Source of the DNA: Ophelia neglecta
Taxonomy: Eukaryota
DNA length: 64,000 nucleotides
Assembly (NCBI GenBank): GCA_965285935.1
Contig: OZ260666.1
Coordinates: 7,316,001 to 7,380,000, forward strand
Reading direction: 5' to 3'
The notes under the pieces were generated by a model. The model was not told the origin of the DNA, ran no database searches, and saw only the letters and a program-made list of their open reading frames with translations. How positions within the stretch are numbered: the first letter of the stretch is position 1; each line of letters opens with the position of its first letter. This document shows, one piece after another, positions 1-13,860 of this stretch. A program made the translations under genes and the position numbers.

Positions 1-490
1 ATGAAGGGATTAAAAAACCATAAGACATATTTTATATGAAATTCGGCATAAAATAGGGAGCCAATGAAGTTCATACAACAAAGGGGACATATGATCAGTT
101 TTCCCTGCCCGCATCCCTTCTCTTGCAGCTGCATTCTGCATGCGTTGGAGTCGTTGGAGCTCACATTGTGGTAGGCCATACAACAAAAAATTAAGGTTGT
201 CCCCCCTGGAATTAACAAATGCCTGGACTAAAGTTGCTGCAGTTCTTTTATCAAGGTATTTCCTGATTTTAACAATCTTTCTAAGTTGAATGGAAGCCAA
301 TCTACATATATTTGAGGCATGGACTTCCATAGACATATGAGCATTAAAGAATCTACCCAGATTCCTCACACTGTCCGTAGCCTGGACTTAAGCTTCTCCC
401 ACCGTCAATGTGGTGGGCAAGGGAGTGGTCTCTCTCAGCTGCCTCGGTGAAATTAATAAGAATTCGGTTTTTTCCTCATTCATTTTCAGT
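1..490 (-). mobile_element. Truncated L2/CR1-group LINE, C-terminal part of the ORF2 reverse transcriptase (runs off the window start)
   Basis: Minus-strand translation gives KMNEEKTEFLLI...VRNLG...ATLVQAFVNSRGDNLNFLLYGLP...LQRMQNAAAR...DHMSPLLYELHWLPI..RISYKI. This matches the L2/Crack RT tail (LNxxKTE, VRNLG, LVHAFVTSRLDYCNSLLYGLP, LQRIQNAAAR, HITPVLxxLHWLP). A frameshift lies upstream of ORF 10..369. Confidence 0.88.
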
Positions 491-1690
491 AAACATCCAC
501 TGTTGAACATGACCAACGCAAAACATATGTAAAATATCGAATCATCCAATAAAGTCGATACAGACGTTTTACCTCATTTTTTTGTAGTTAGTGATTAGTG
601 ATTGAACAAGTAACGGCTTTTAAGATTCGATTCATGCTATTGATACGGTATTCCTACAAAGTGTATTTTTTTCTTTAAAAAACATACAAACCTCAGTGCC
701 TTGTAGATCAAACAGTTTCTCTAATCAAGAACTGGTTTTTAAATCGTGCCAAATTCCCAAGGATCCAGAAAAAAAGCATATAAACATCTATCCCAGCTTA
801 CTTGAATTTACCCGAAAAATACTTAATGACCACTGATCTAATGTTCCTGTCTCCGCCAAGGTGGCCATTGACACATTCCGAATAAATTGAATACCACACC
901 GCTGATTATAGTTGTAATGGGACAGGGTTTCATTAGAGGGTCAGTTGTAATTAAATGAACAATGTGCCGAAGCGAAAAAAGCGACGTCTGGATAAATTAA
1001 TCAAGCGAAAGGGAAATATATCGAGCAGAATGATACCAAGAGTAACCATTTTCAAGGCAGGAAAAAAGTAGCACCTATCAATGAGGCGAAGTCAACAGTT
1101 ATTCATGATGACATGGAACCACAGAACTAAAAAGACAGTCACCGAGGCATGAATATATGCCTCGAAAAGGGTATGGTTTTCATTCCGGTTAGAAAAATGG
1201 AGTGGGCAGCCCGCAGACCATTTATTGATCGCGCATTGCCTTTTCAGTAGAAACACCTTTCCGCTAAGTTATAAGACTGTTCAAATAGTATATTGGCAGT
1301 GTTTACTTATTGATCGTATTATACGTGCCCAAATTACTATACAGATCCTTATAACTCATTTCTTTTGCAACGGCCTTGTAGTATTTCTATCAGTGATTGT
1401 TTCTTAAAAGCCAGTCAAGCATGCACGTTTTGTTGACTTTGTCCTCGGATTCGACAATGGCCGGGCAAATACATTGTTGTACTTTGCGTTAAGCCATTAT
1501 CACATTACACTGGTGTTCTGCGTTTCTGTTTGTAGCGATAGTAGACTCTGGGTAGAAGAACATCTGATGTGCGGATATTTTGAACGATTCTCTCTATCTA
1601 TTTCTTAAGCTCTATCCAACCAACACACACCCACACGCCCACAACCAAACACCCCAACCCCGCCCACACACGCATGCACATACACACAGA

Positions 1691-2310
1691 GCACCATAGC
1701 TCGGCTCTAACCTAGTAAACAAACTAATCAGGGCTAACAAACCTGGCGCCATAGCCTGGCCGTAGCCTAGTAAAGAAACCAATCTGGGCTAAGAAGCCTA
1801 GGCACCATAGCTCGGCTCTAACCTAGTAAACAAACTAATCAAGGCTAACAAACCTGGCGCCATAGCCTGGCCGTAGCCTAGTAAAGAAACCAATCTGGGC
1901 TAAGAAGCCTAGGCACCATAGCTCGGCTCTAACCTAGTAAACAAACTAATCAAGGCTAACAAACCTGGGCACCATAGCCTGGCCGTAGCCTAGTAAAAAA
2001 ACCAATCAGGGCTAAGAAGCCTGGGCACCGATCAGAGCTAACAAACTGGGTACAATATCCCGACTCTAGCATTGTAAACAAACCGATCAGGACCACAAAA
2101 AAACTGAGCACCTTGACCTGGCTCTAGACTAGTAAACAAACCAACCAGGGCTAACAAACCTAGCACCATAGTTTGGCTCTAGTCTTGTAAACAGACCGAT
2201 CAGGGCTAACAAACTGGGTATCATCACCCGGCTCTGTCCTAGTAAGAAAACCGACCATAGCCAAAAAAACTGAGCACCATATCCTCTAGACTAGTAAACA
2301 AACCGATCAA
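1691..2310. repeat. Minisatellite of ~55/56-bp monomers organised as a 111-bp dimer, degenerating rightwards
   Basis: gcaccatagctcggctctaacctagtaaacaaactaatc recurs at 1691, 1802 and 1913 (period 111). Each period contains two related halves. Later monomers are diverged. Confidence 0.95.
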
Positions 2311-2959
2311 TCAACTCCGACGCCCAAACGAGGCCATTGCCCTTATTGTTATCGTCTGGGTAATTGTCCCAGGAGTGAAAAAGACACATTGAATCAAACG
2401 GAATATAAATAGAACAGCAAATTTCGTTGTTGTCGGCTAAAGGAAATCGCTTTAGTTTACTAACTAGAGAACGTGATTATTTCAGTCATCCGGGACACAA
2501 TCATATCAACCGTTGTTAGGAAAGGGAATGTATTGCTACGCCAAGCCGGCCAAACGGAAATTCATGTTATTAAGACTTTATGTACCATTAGGCCAAACAA
2601 ATAACACTTGTTCTCTGGACAGGCACAACCTTGAATATTCCTGATATCTGAATTACTTATCCCTGACAACGAATGCATCATTTGTACATGCTTATTATAC
2701 TCCTTGTAGAACATTCCTAAGTACTTTTGTCTCTTCGTCCTTTATTTCCGACAAATCGGTTATAATTAACTTTTTCACAAATAAATCATGTCTTGTACAT
2801 GGATATTGCTTCCTCCGGTACTGTGATTTCTTTTGTTAGGACACAGTTACTGCTTGTTGGGAATGTCCGGTGGCCGCTATAATACAGTAGAACTTACTGG
2901 AGAGCAAGTATAACTCTAGAAACAGACGGTATTAATCTTAAAACGAGCTCTAAGAAGTA

Positions 2960-3130
2960 TGTCTATGTCATATAGTACTGCGAGGTAAACCGGGTTTCAA
3001 ATCTCGATCGCATCACACCCGAGATGTAAAAAATGGCAAGGCAAGGCGCATGGCATTTCGGGGGAAGTCTCAGGACTGGTCAACCCGGTGTCACTTACTA
3101 GGTGGGGTCCCCTGTCTGGTGTATTCGTCG
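2960..3130 (+). mobile_element. Degenerate tRNA-derived SINE of Meta/RUDI type
   Basis: B-box-like ccgggtttcaaatctc (~2990-3005), followed by cgcatcacacccgagatgtaaaaaatgg, aggactggtcaacccggtgtca and ggtggggt. The order of these blocks resembles the Meta-SINE central domain as I recall it. Confidence 0.6.
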
Positions 3131-4415
3131 AGTCATGAACAATAACCTGACTAGAGAGCACATATCCTTACTAAGAACACAGAAGTACAATTTAAAACCA
3201 GCTGCACATGCTACACCGCCCCCCCCCCCACCCCCAGCAACGATGTGACTCCATCCGTAAACCTGTTTAATGAAATGAGCTATCAAGTCCATAGTTAATT
3301 TAATCAAGTCCATAGTTGATTCAATTAAATCCAGGCTGCTTTCATATTAGCTAAAGTAATCACATGAAAGACGCCAGGCCGACATATTGATTGATTGACT
3401 AGTAGCTGACTGCTAGAGCAAAGCTCTTCAATCACGAGGAAATGTTACTCAGTCCTGATAGAATATGTAGGCAATTTATATTATAATATTAACCTTTGTG
3501 TACTAGATATTAATCTAAATCTGGAATATATTACCAGGCTATAAGAACTAATTAAGCAAAGATTAGAAACAATCCGCTATGCATTTGTGAGCCTCCCACT
3601 GGAAATGGCACAACAATGTCTTCACTGCTTGCCATTTTCTTCAAGGCTCATACATAACAATCTTTGTCATACCCGAGAAGACAAGCATAAAGGAGGCACT
3701 CTTTTTACAAAAAGGTAATCGAGATTTCTCATGCTTACATCGGTTTATTTATACAGTTAGCAATCCGAACTAACAACGCCGGTTCCTTTCTTTATATAGC
3801 ACATTCGTCACTGGTCCATACCCGGAACATACCCGGATACTTATTTGTGAATTAGTTTGCATTAACTATGCAGACCGACGATTAGATTGTTCTCAAAAAT
3901 GAACCTTATTTGGCACTAACAGGAATGTCATATATAATTATCTTGGAATGGCTTATGTAGTTTAAGAATGTTGGCATGTTCATGTTGACATAAATAGAAC
4001 ATGGGTCGACGTTCTACAAAACGTAGTCACCGTGTTATATGACAATCCAGTAAATCGTATACAACTGGGCTGCTAAAAAAACACCAATTAACGGGGACTC
4101 TTAGAAGAAAGACAAAGCTTCTCTTAAAACAAGTCGGGTCAGTTTTTTCGTTTTTCTTGGTACGGTCACTGCATCTTTGCTCTTTAACGTTAAGAGTAGA
4201 AGTATTTTAATCACAGAGATAATAACCTGTAACCAATTACTTCTCATATCAACTGATGCTTACAGCATCCAAAATAGTATTACATACACCTACCTTGACG
4301 CCTACTGCCTTCAGTGGCATCTTTGAACTTGTGTTCTTGTGTCTGTGTCCTGGGCAGCAGAAGAATTGGCATCTTGGATGCGTGTGCCAGGAACAGGACT
4401 GGGGACTGAACCATC

Positions 4416-4604
4416 TCACATAGTCACTAGTTTTGCTTTAATTCCTTGCTTGATTCGAATATTTCCTCCATCAATTGTCCCCAGGGAATAAGATACTCTC
4501 TCCACTCTGCGGTATTCTGTTGCTTGGTCGTATGTGTCTGCTGTTTGCTTCATTACAATGACTGCCACATGCATATTAAGTGTGAAGATATTGGGGACAG
4601 TCAC
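4416..4604 (-). mobile_element. Possible PIF/Harbinger transposase relic
   Basis: SLGTIDGGNIRIKQ resembles the first catalytic-Asp motif (C/V)LGAIDGxHIRIK. No further motifs were found. Confidence 0.25.
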
Positions 4605-5362
4605 AACAAACTACGTCTAAAAGTTTGCTACCAGACACCTGCATCCAACGTACTCACTGGTCTTATACAGCCTCTAAGGACGTATTACAAGGTAAGAGGT
4701 AGACGAGATAGATAGTAAATGGCTGGGTCATTCGTATGACTGAGCATGGCAACGGTACCATCACAGTATTCAGGAACAATGGATGGGTTCGGCGAATATC
4801 ATATATCAAGTAATGTAATACCGGCACTATTCTGTAGGGTTGTATCAGTTGTTTTTTATCCAGTACTCTGTGTCGGCCTTGCTCATATTCCACTGGTAAA
4901 GGACGTGGCAATCCTCTCAATCGTATGACAAACAGGAACCTGGAACAAGGATAACAAACAATTATTAGCGAATAAAACACAAGAGGAAGTGAAGAGCCCG
5001 TTCTGATCAAGTAGTGCTGTCCATTCATTGAAACAACGTCCATGCCATACAATCATCACTTTACTCACATTCATCACATACGAAAAACTCACATTACATC
5101 TTTCAATCTTATTTTCAGCCAGGGACACGTTGACAGCTGTCAGTTGACATTTGTGGACCTGAACCTGAGGGTTTTTGATGATCCTGGATCTATTCAATAT
5201 ACTACTCTCGATTAGTGATTGTAGCTAATCCGGTTTTTAACTCACACTTTCCTTTTTCAACTTGATTTCCATTTGTTTTCTTTTACTTGTAATTTATTTA
5301 TTTCAAATCATACGATCCGTGAACTGTACAACTAAGGACAACTAAGGAACGTGAGGAGAGTA

Positions 5363-5523
5363 CAGTGAAACCTGCCTTAAAGACCACCTCTATAATCAGA
5401 CCACCTGTCAATACAGACCACTTATAGGATGACAATGATGTATTCTTTCAATGTCTAAACAGACCAACCCCGAAATCAGCATTTTCCAGTACCTTTGGTG
5501 GTCTTAATTCACAGGTTTCACTG
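5363..5523. mobile_element. MITE, Tc1/mariner-pogo type, copy 1
   Basis: Imperfect TIRs cagtgaaacctgccttaaagaccacc / ggtggtcttaattcacaggtttcactg, flanked by TA on both sides (5361-62, 5524-25). Internal agaccac(c) subrepeats. 161 bp. Confidence 0.9.
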
Positions 5524-8500
5524 TACTTGGCTTTTTATAGGCAATGCACAATATGGTGTGATTTCGGGTATCCCAATGTGTTCCGTTCACAGCGGGTAAC
5601 CTGGGTAATATTGAGTCCATTGCCCTCTGCTCGTTTAGAAATCCCTGAAGAGTGTCTCCTCATCTGCGCCTGTCACGGCTTCTAAATTACTTGTCTAAAT
5701 CTACAAACCCCGCTGTCTCGGTATATCGGTCTGCTGGACGCATGTCAGGAATCTGTCACTGGTTACTATGACAGCGTTCTCAGGGCGTTTTGAGGTTCAG
5801 CGACAGGTCACTTCTACGGATGATGGAGTGCCACTTGTATTGAGGCCGAAAACATTATCACTAAATAAGTAGCGTTCCGTTCATTTTGAATGTGTGATAG
5901 AATAAAAATGAATGCTCTTTTTTTGACAAAGGTACTTGGAAATTTAGTTTTAGCAAGGGGAGGCAGATGTCATTTATACCAATCCTACTCGTAGACCCGG
6001 TCTGCGATCATCCTATTTGTTCACTAAACTCCTATGGACAGTTTGAAACACCAGCACTGTTTCTGGCTGTGGTTACTTTCGAGATTAAGTAAGCCTATTA
6101 CTATTAGCTGAGATCCGCGTTAATAAGTGTTTAAATAATCTAACCATTGACCAGGTTTAAGGTGAAGACAGACTTGCTTGGTTTATGACCAAATCCAGCT
6201 AGCAGAAACCCCGCTTGCCAAAGTTCGATTTATCGATTTTATCCCGATTTGAATCATAGTAAAGAATGACGATTGCTGACAGAACCCGGTTCAGGACTAA
6301 CAGCTCTATGTTTATCAAAACTTAGTCCATTTAAACTTATATAGGATGGTCAACAATGTCCTGCTATTGAAAACGTGGTGCATTGTGGCAAATATACCAG
6401 TAAAATTGAGCAATGTACCCTTACAAGAAGCAGGGAGGACGCGGAAGGGGGGGGGGGCGTTTTGCACTTCGGACACTTCACTTTGTGAACAGTGTAACTC
6501 ATATACTGTCTTAGATTAAGTTGCTAATCGGCAGGATAGAAGTTAAACGAAAATGGTGATTAGACAAATAAAAATGAGAATATTATACTGTTTGAGGTGA
6601 AATTGGGTAATAACCGACAAAAATGCAATTAGAAGGTCCGACGTGACCAGATTCAAAATTAACCTTTATATATTATATTAGAAATAAATTTTAATCATAC
6701 TTTCTGTTTCGGGCAGGGGACATGTGAGTGCATATACTGTCAGTTTGAGTACTTTGCTGCATTTTCTAACATGTGATAATATATTTCTTTTAGCCTCACA
6801 CAATAATACGAGGTTAATACATATCACGTTAGCATATTGCTAAGCCTAAATCTAAATTTAAAATGGACTCTGTCTCGGTGCTCAGGACTATTGTGCTCAT
6901 TACTCGGTTGGTTGCCAGATTGTTTGAGAATAAAAGCCGTTCATTAGCTCGGACGTGTGCCATCGCCTCATGTCATAACACCTCTACCTACGTAGGAATT
7001 TATTCGCTGCAGAACACCGACAATGAGTTGTTGTCTCGAGTTTAACTGATGATTGTCGAGAAGGCGATGCTTCCCGGTGAATTCAGACATGTTTAACTCA
7101 TATATAAAGGTATTTATGAACGAAGCGTATCCTTTGTCTACCCCTATTATCAACTGCCGTTATTTCTCTTTCGAAAAGTTCGAAAAGCGAATTCCATAAA
7201 TCATAAACGGGGAAAAAAGAAATCCCTGCAGTTTGACCATGAAATAAAATAACACTGAGGTGGCAGTTTATGACCTTTCCAGTTCATGTTAGCTCCGGAC
7301 TGAGACGAATAAGTCCAAACCTCAAACGTCTGCAGACGTCTGCATTGGTTCTCGGGTGCAGACTTGCCCAACACATTGACGGTGAAACACTGAGGCGAAA
7401 ACCTCGGTATCATGGAAGACATTAATTGAATGTCACCGGTGAGCATGTAGACATGATTGTAGGACGTGTTAATGATGAGTGCACACTCCAGGGAAAAGTT
7501 ACAATGACACCGGCAAATGAAAGCTCAACTAATCAGCCTCAAACTACTCATTTACAGTTTCGCTGGGAAAAGTATTGTCCCAATGCAATTACATATATCT
7601 GACATTCAACGTAACACCATTAAGAGAATGCCAACATTAAAAAATATGCATGAATATTTCTTATTCCTTAGAATATTATTCTCCTTTAGAAGGCAGAAAG
7701 TAGTAGCCTAGTGATTGCGTCGCTGTGGATTGACATGGTTATGACCAATTCAAAGAACAAAACATGCTTCAAACGAGATTATCCGGAACAATACTTTGGT
7801 AACTTGTGTTTAAGTATTTAATAAATTTACAGATTCAATATAACTTATTTAATAATTTGTGCTGGAAGTTGTTTTCATCATATCTACTCTAATGCTAATC
7901 ACAATAAAATCATATTTAACGTTTGAAATATACAGTACTTTTGTCGTTAAACGTTATTCAGTCTGGTTTAACTAGAGCTATTGAAGGCCTGCTCACTGCC
8001 ATGTTTAACAAATATTCAAGTACAATGCCGATACACAATGATCGTAAAATTAAAAGTTACATGAAAAGTTATGTCAAGCTTATAGGAAGTGTTGCAAAGT
8101 TCACATCATTCGGTTATAATTCCAGTACATTTAAAGCGTTTTCCTGTAGGAAGCACTTGTATCAAGCAATACTCTGATGTTTTCATTGCTGCCCTTTGTA
8201 GGGCTCAGAGTAGATTCACAATCTATCTTAGATTACACAGATGATTATATTGAACTTAGGCGGGCAGAAGAAGATACTGTAAAAATACCAGCATTGCAAT
8301 CGTGCTAGCATTGGAATAAATGGACTGGGATATTCTACCCTTGTTCACTGTCGATATCGAGTTAACCTTAACAATATCGAGATAGCTCTGCATTGAAATC
8401 GCTCTGTAACTCGAGTACACCAGAGTAACTAGGATTGGCTGCTCAGCTTTCAACCACCAGATTGCCAATTATATACAGGAAGCAATTGGGGCACTTTCAT

Positions 8501-10425
8501 ATTTTGAATGAGGTTCTTTATTGTAATATCGATTTTATGAACATTAACTCAAGAGAACAACACTCCTCCCTAAAACTAAGGCGCACCTTTTAGGCGGATA
8601 ATGTGAGTACTATTTATGAACCATGTACAAAAATATGTGCTCTGTTAAATGTCAAAAGTATATAAAAACGAGTCACAGCACTCCATCGGTCATTCGTGAG
8701 TCGTTTACCTGCCACTTTAGGTACATTCTTGTTCGATTTAGTGATATATCACTCCGGCTGCAATAGCCAAACCAACATCCGCTCCACGACATAATTACCA
8801 TAATGGGAAAATATCTTCATAATGACTAGCAGGGGGAATTTCCAAGTACTTTAAAGGATAAAGCTTAGGGTTCGCATGCATTTTTTTCTGGTGTAAGCTT
8901 ATAAAGGAGGGTCTGCATGAGGAGTCGATGATAAAAGCTTACATACAATAAATAGTGTAAAAAGTGTGCAGGAACTTACGAATATTTCGTTATTATTTAC
9001 AAATCACATGTAACGGGAATATTCATAGGTATAACGACTAGTGTAATTAATAGTTTGTATGTTAACGGATATATATTTGTACTCTTTACGAAAGCAGGCG
9101 AAATCGAAATCTGGCTGTTTCTCTTAACTTTGAGTGGACTGACATCATTGATATCAACCGAAGGCTTTCTGTACAAGTTGTAGACATAACCCTATTAATC
9201 CCTTCAACCCTAACCCAACAGTATAGATCTTAGCGCTTTCCCCTTTATACCCGACCCTAACCCTTACCCTGCCTCTTAACGACTACTTAACTAGGTCGAG
9301 ATCGCTGTAGGTTTGGCTCATTGTAATCAAAGAGAAAGGAAATGTTAACAAAAAACGCCGTTACACCGCCTTGGAAATTTTGGATCTGAAATGGCTAGTC
9401 TGCACTATAAATCAGCGGTGGTAGCAGAATAGAGTCTTGTGTATAGGGTCCTTTGGATGAAGCTGCGTCGGTTGATAACGTCTCTCTGAACCTTGACCTG
9501 ACTTGATGATTTCTTTGACGTGGAGATTGTCTGTGCTTGGGGTGCATACCAAACCTAACTTCTGGTCAACATGAATGACCTTGGGTTAAAGAACGCCCAT
9601 AATGAGCTTCATCTATTATACATCCAAGGATGTAGCTATAAGGAAGAAGGCAGGCTTCAATGGCGTCACGCCTAAAAATATTACTGTGAATCGCAATCTG
9701 TTGACGGCAGGTAAATATGGCAGATTATTAGTTAATCACATATCGGTACATTAAATGTCGGCCGATTTGTTAAAATGTTGTAATGACTTATGTATAAAAC
9801 TTAAAATGTTGTTATGTCTCATGTTTAAAACTTACATTAATCTTTTATTTGATGCAGGGCATGGTAATGCTTTTCAAGTGTTAAGTCACAAACAATAAGC
9901 AATTCACAGTAAACTGCACACAATGCTGTTTGTTAAGCCAACATTTACAGAGGTAATTAAATTACATTATCCTAAATGGTATTTTTTCTATCGCATGCTT
10001 TTGTTTAATGTTCCAGCCATTTGGAAATAACTTTGTATTCCTAATCGTTACACTTGTGCATAGGAAAAGCAACCTGTCAGAAAGAATCCATCTTTCTGTC
10101 AGATGTAAAGAAAAGCAGTCTGGGCTAGGTGCATCTTGATGAGAAGATTCCAACTTCTTTATCATCGTGTTACTCTACGTCAAGGTGAAATGTTCTGACA
10201 AGACAAGTTGGTGACAATTAAGTACATATGGGTTCCCACGAAATAGCACACGATAGGGACCGTCAAAGCTAATAACATCATTTGACATAGTACACGCACA
10301 CAAAGGGAAGGTAGCAGAAGACACCGTGTCTGAATGAATACATTTGCATATTTTATTGAAATAAATTTAGCCGTTTGACTCTAATCTGTTCTCTTGCTGA
10401 AAACTGACTTCGTAAGAACAACGTA

Positions 10426-10602
10426 CAGTGGAACCTGCCTTAAAGACCACCTCTATATTGAGACCACCTATCAATTCAGACCACTAATATTTAGACTATG
10501 CAGTACACTTTCAATGTAAAATAACTTGTGTAAATAGACCATCTCTGTAATCAGACCAGGATTTCAAGTCCCTTGGGTGGTATTAATTCACAGGTTTCAC
10601 TG
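10426..10602. mobile_element. MITE, same family, copy 2
   Basis: ta|cagtggaacctgccttaaagaccacctctata ... ggtggtattaattcacaggtttcactg|ta. 177 bp. Confidence 0.9.
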
Positions 10603-12729
10603 TAGTATAAATGCTGTTAGAGAGAAAAGTTTATTTTGTGTGCGAAATACAAAAGAAAAACGCATTTCGACTTTTGAACAAAGCTTGGAAAAGTGCGGGA
10701 ACAGATAGACATTAGCAGAATGAAAAGGCCACTCCCAAACTCGCTGGTAATCCTTCTTGACAGACACTTTAACTCTCAGCTTTACAGCTGAAAAGACCTG
10801 TCAAGGAGGAAAGTCCTTTTAGATTGGAAAGAGCAGTGATTTGTGTAGTTTGTGATTAGTCCGTCTAATATAGCTTTCCTCTGCGACCAGGAACTGCAGG
10901 AATTTGATGTTGATCGAGCAGGGGTTATATGTCACTTAATATCCAAATTTAAATAAAAACCTATTTTAGTGGAGTTATTCTTTTTATATGTGACAATTTT
11001 CCTATAAATCTTGTTCTGACATTAAAAAGGTGGGCGGCCAGCGTTTCGTCGTGGTACGGTTCCGATAGTATAAATTTGTTACATGTTATTATCCAATGAA
11101 TCAATAGTACACACAGAGGTAAGGACTGTCCTAAATATAATTATTCGCTATTCGTAACAGAACCTACCTTTATTATTTGTGTGAGCCGCCAACTGCCATT
11201 TGCCTTTGGACATGTATATATTTTACAGTGATAATAAATCATTATGTGCTTAGCTCGTAATCATCAGTTACGTGCTGAGACAGACAGTTGGACAAAAGGC
11301 GCCACCAGACGACAGCACTTGCCTAAGGTGCTTTAAGTTAGTGCATCATATATGTTTGGATGGTTGTTTCCAACTTGTTGTAAAATAGTTGTCTGAAAAA
11401 AGCTCAGGAAATGCCCTTTTGCTTGTTTTTAATATAGTGTGAACATCTATTAAATTAGAGAACAGTTAGAACACAGATATGCATTAAAGACCTACACCGA
11501 ATACTTATTTTGGAACCTCTTTCTTTTCTTAAATGATCATATTATACATCCCAGATGGGACTCATGCGTAGTGTTAATCACTTGTTTCATAAATCCTCTT
11601 TTCCTCATTTGACATGTTATTTTTAAGCATGATTTTCACAACAAGGCATCTGCTACAGTCAATAGACAGCACTCTACTCCTAGTCCCCACGCCATCTGTA
11701 GACTTATCAGGATATTAGCTGTCTTTTCCAGTTAGTCCAGGTCAAATGCCCCTTAGCTTAGGATAGTAAAGTTATTATCTTCCGCTCCGATTCTTCCCTC
11801 GTGGCTCCTGTTATTAACTCTGTGCCCGACTGAGCACCATTTGTTAGAACTCATTCCCCAGCTGTTTATTGCAAAACTAGTAGGCAATTGGCCAATAACC
11901 TACGTAATATTATTTTCTTTGAAGCGGACCAGTAGACCAATTTGTTGCCCTATATTACTTAGAACATGGTCATGGAACTCAAATAAGCATGCCCCAGCCT
12001 TAAACTGTCACACAGCAGCCTATAACACGTAATAACCACACGCGGAACACCCATAAACCAGCTTATAACAGTCAGAAACATACCTAAAATAGACAAGCAT
12101 TTCAGTCTGACATTGTCGTTGTCCGACCTAGAAAATGAAAGCAGCATCCAGTAAAAACAATAGCTACCTCCAATCTAAAGGCCACTACAAGATGTTCATA
12201 GTCCACATTATCAGTTCAGAGTTCTCGGTTGTAGTTACGACCCTGTGCATCTGAAAATTTATGAAAAACTGACCAGTCCTTAAATGTCCATATTTTCCAG
12301 CTTTCACAATATACAACGTAAAGAGCCATCCACCATAGTCAGTAACAACAACCTTAACATGTATTATATCATAGTCGTATGAATAATCTATAAGACATGA
12401 GTTCTCTTCCTCCGGCGGAGTCATTAGTTCCCTGTCAAAGGAAGTTATCATAGAGTTACACCTGCTGCCGATCGTCTCCGATTTACAAAAGGATGTTGCA
12501 TCTATATATTATGTCCTTTCTTTAATAGCATACCCGGTTTAACTGGAGTAGTGGTATATGAAATCTGGTATGTACCCCATGACTTTTCCCATCGTTCTTG
12601 CGTCTCATCAGAATTACTAAATACTTTAATTCGAATATCCATTTAAGCAATCCAGTGGTTATGAAAAACAGCACAACACCGGCTTTAAGCAGCAAGTTTA
12701 TGACAGTCTGAGGTGGATGGTTGGTGAGA

Positions 12730-13330
12730 CAGCTGTAACAACAGCCACAAACAACCTAACCCAACCATCCACCAGCCTCAGACTGTCATACATCGGCCTT
12801 AAACAATCATAAATAGGCCTGTAACAAGCATACACCGGCCGAAAACAGCTTGAAACAGCAACACACTAGCCTATACCAGCCACGCACCGGCCTATAGCAG
12901 TCACGCACTGGCCAATAACAGCCACACACTGGCCTATAACTGCCTCAAACTGTCATACATCGGCCTTAAACAATCATAAATATGCCAGTAACAAGCATAC
13001 ACCGGCCGAAAACAGCCACATCCCTGCTTGTAACAGCAACTCACCAGCCTAGATCAGCCAAAAACCGGCCGAAAACAGCCACACAAAGGTCTATGACAGC
13101 CACGCACTGGCCTATTACAGCCTTGTACCATGTCAAAGGAGCCATACACCTGCCTAGAACAGCCATGCACCAGACTACAACAGCCATACACCGGCCTACA
13201 AAAGCAATACACCGGACTAAAACAGCCATACACCAGGCCTTAACCCAGCTTGACACAGCAACACACACCAGCCTAAAGCTACCACCAGCTGCCCAAAAGC
13301 ATCCATGCGTCGACCTTAGACGGCAGTACA
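12730..13330. repeat. Degenerate ~21-bp minisatellite (consensus about acagccacacaccggcctata)
   Basis: Recurring cagcca-cac-cggccta units. An internal ~70-bp block is duplicated at ~12777 and ~12944. It explains ORFs 12982..13338 and 13041..13394 (7-aa periodicity TAxHxPx). Confidence 0.85.
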
Positions 13331-13519
13331 CTGTATAACAGTAACATAGTAGTATACTGGGATAAAACAGCAATGCAACGGTCTGGGATAACACATTTTC
13401 TAGCTACAAGGATCCTACGGTGAAACTTTAGAAACACGCTTTTTAATAATAATTTCTTTTTAATAGCAAAACCAAATATGCTGCTAGCAAGATTTGTTTT
13501 TTAATTCCGAGGGGTTCCC

Positions 13520-13860
13520 CCTGGACAATATGTCTCTAGGTTTAACCTATAAGTTTGTTAATGGTCTCCAGCCAACTGCATTTAAGTATTTCTTTGTTTT
13601 GAATACACATGTAGTCTACTTGTTTTAAATACAATAATACCCCTTTTTAAATTTCAATCCCGTAACCCTAATCCAACCAGTCCGTTACCAAGATGTAGTC
13701 TTTGTGTAATCCAATAATATATAAATGCTTTATTGCAATATTCAGAAAATCAGTTTTGTTTTTATATATAAGGGGTTGACCTCAACCAGTTAAATAAGCT
13801 GCCTAAACCCACGTATGATATCTTGTATACCTAGATTCTTGTGTTAATCATAACATTTTA
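13520..13860 (+). mobile_element. 3' fragment of a CR1-group LINE (end of ORF2 plus 3' UTR)
   Basis: SLGLTYKFVNGLQPTAFKYFFVLNTHV (~13535-13612), then a degraded VRYQDV. These match the CR1-type tail FMYKFVNGLLPxxFxxxFxLN...SIRYxGxxLWN. Confidence 0.55.

Noticed and set aside
4663-5052. Gypsy integrase (GMDVVSMNGQHYLI...SRFLFVIRL)
   Set aside because: The motif spacing is wrong, no downstream D or E motifs follow, and the intervening sequence looks like an intron polypyrimidine tract.
12982-13394. Thr/His-rich or hydrophobic membrane-protein ORFs
   Set aside because: Both are translations of the 21-bp minisatellite.
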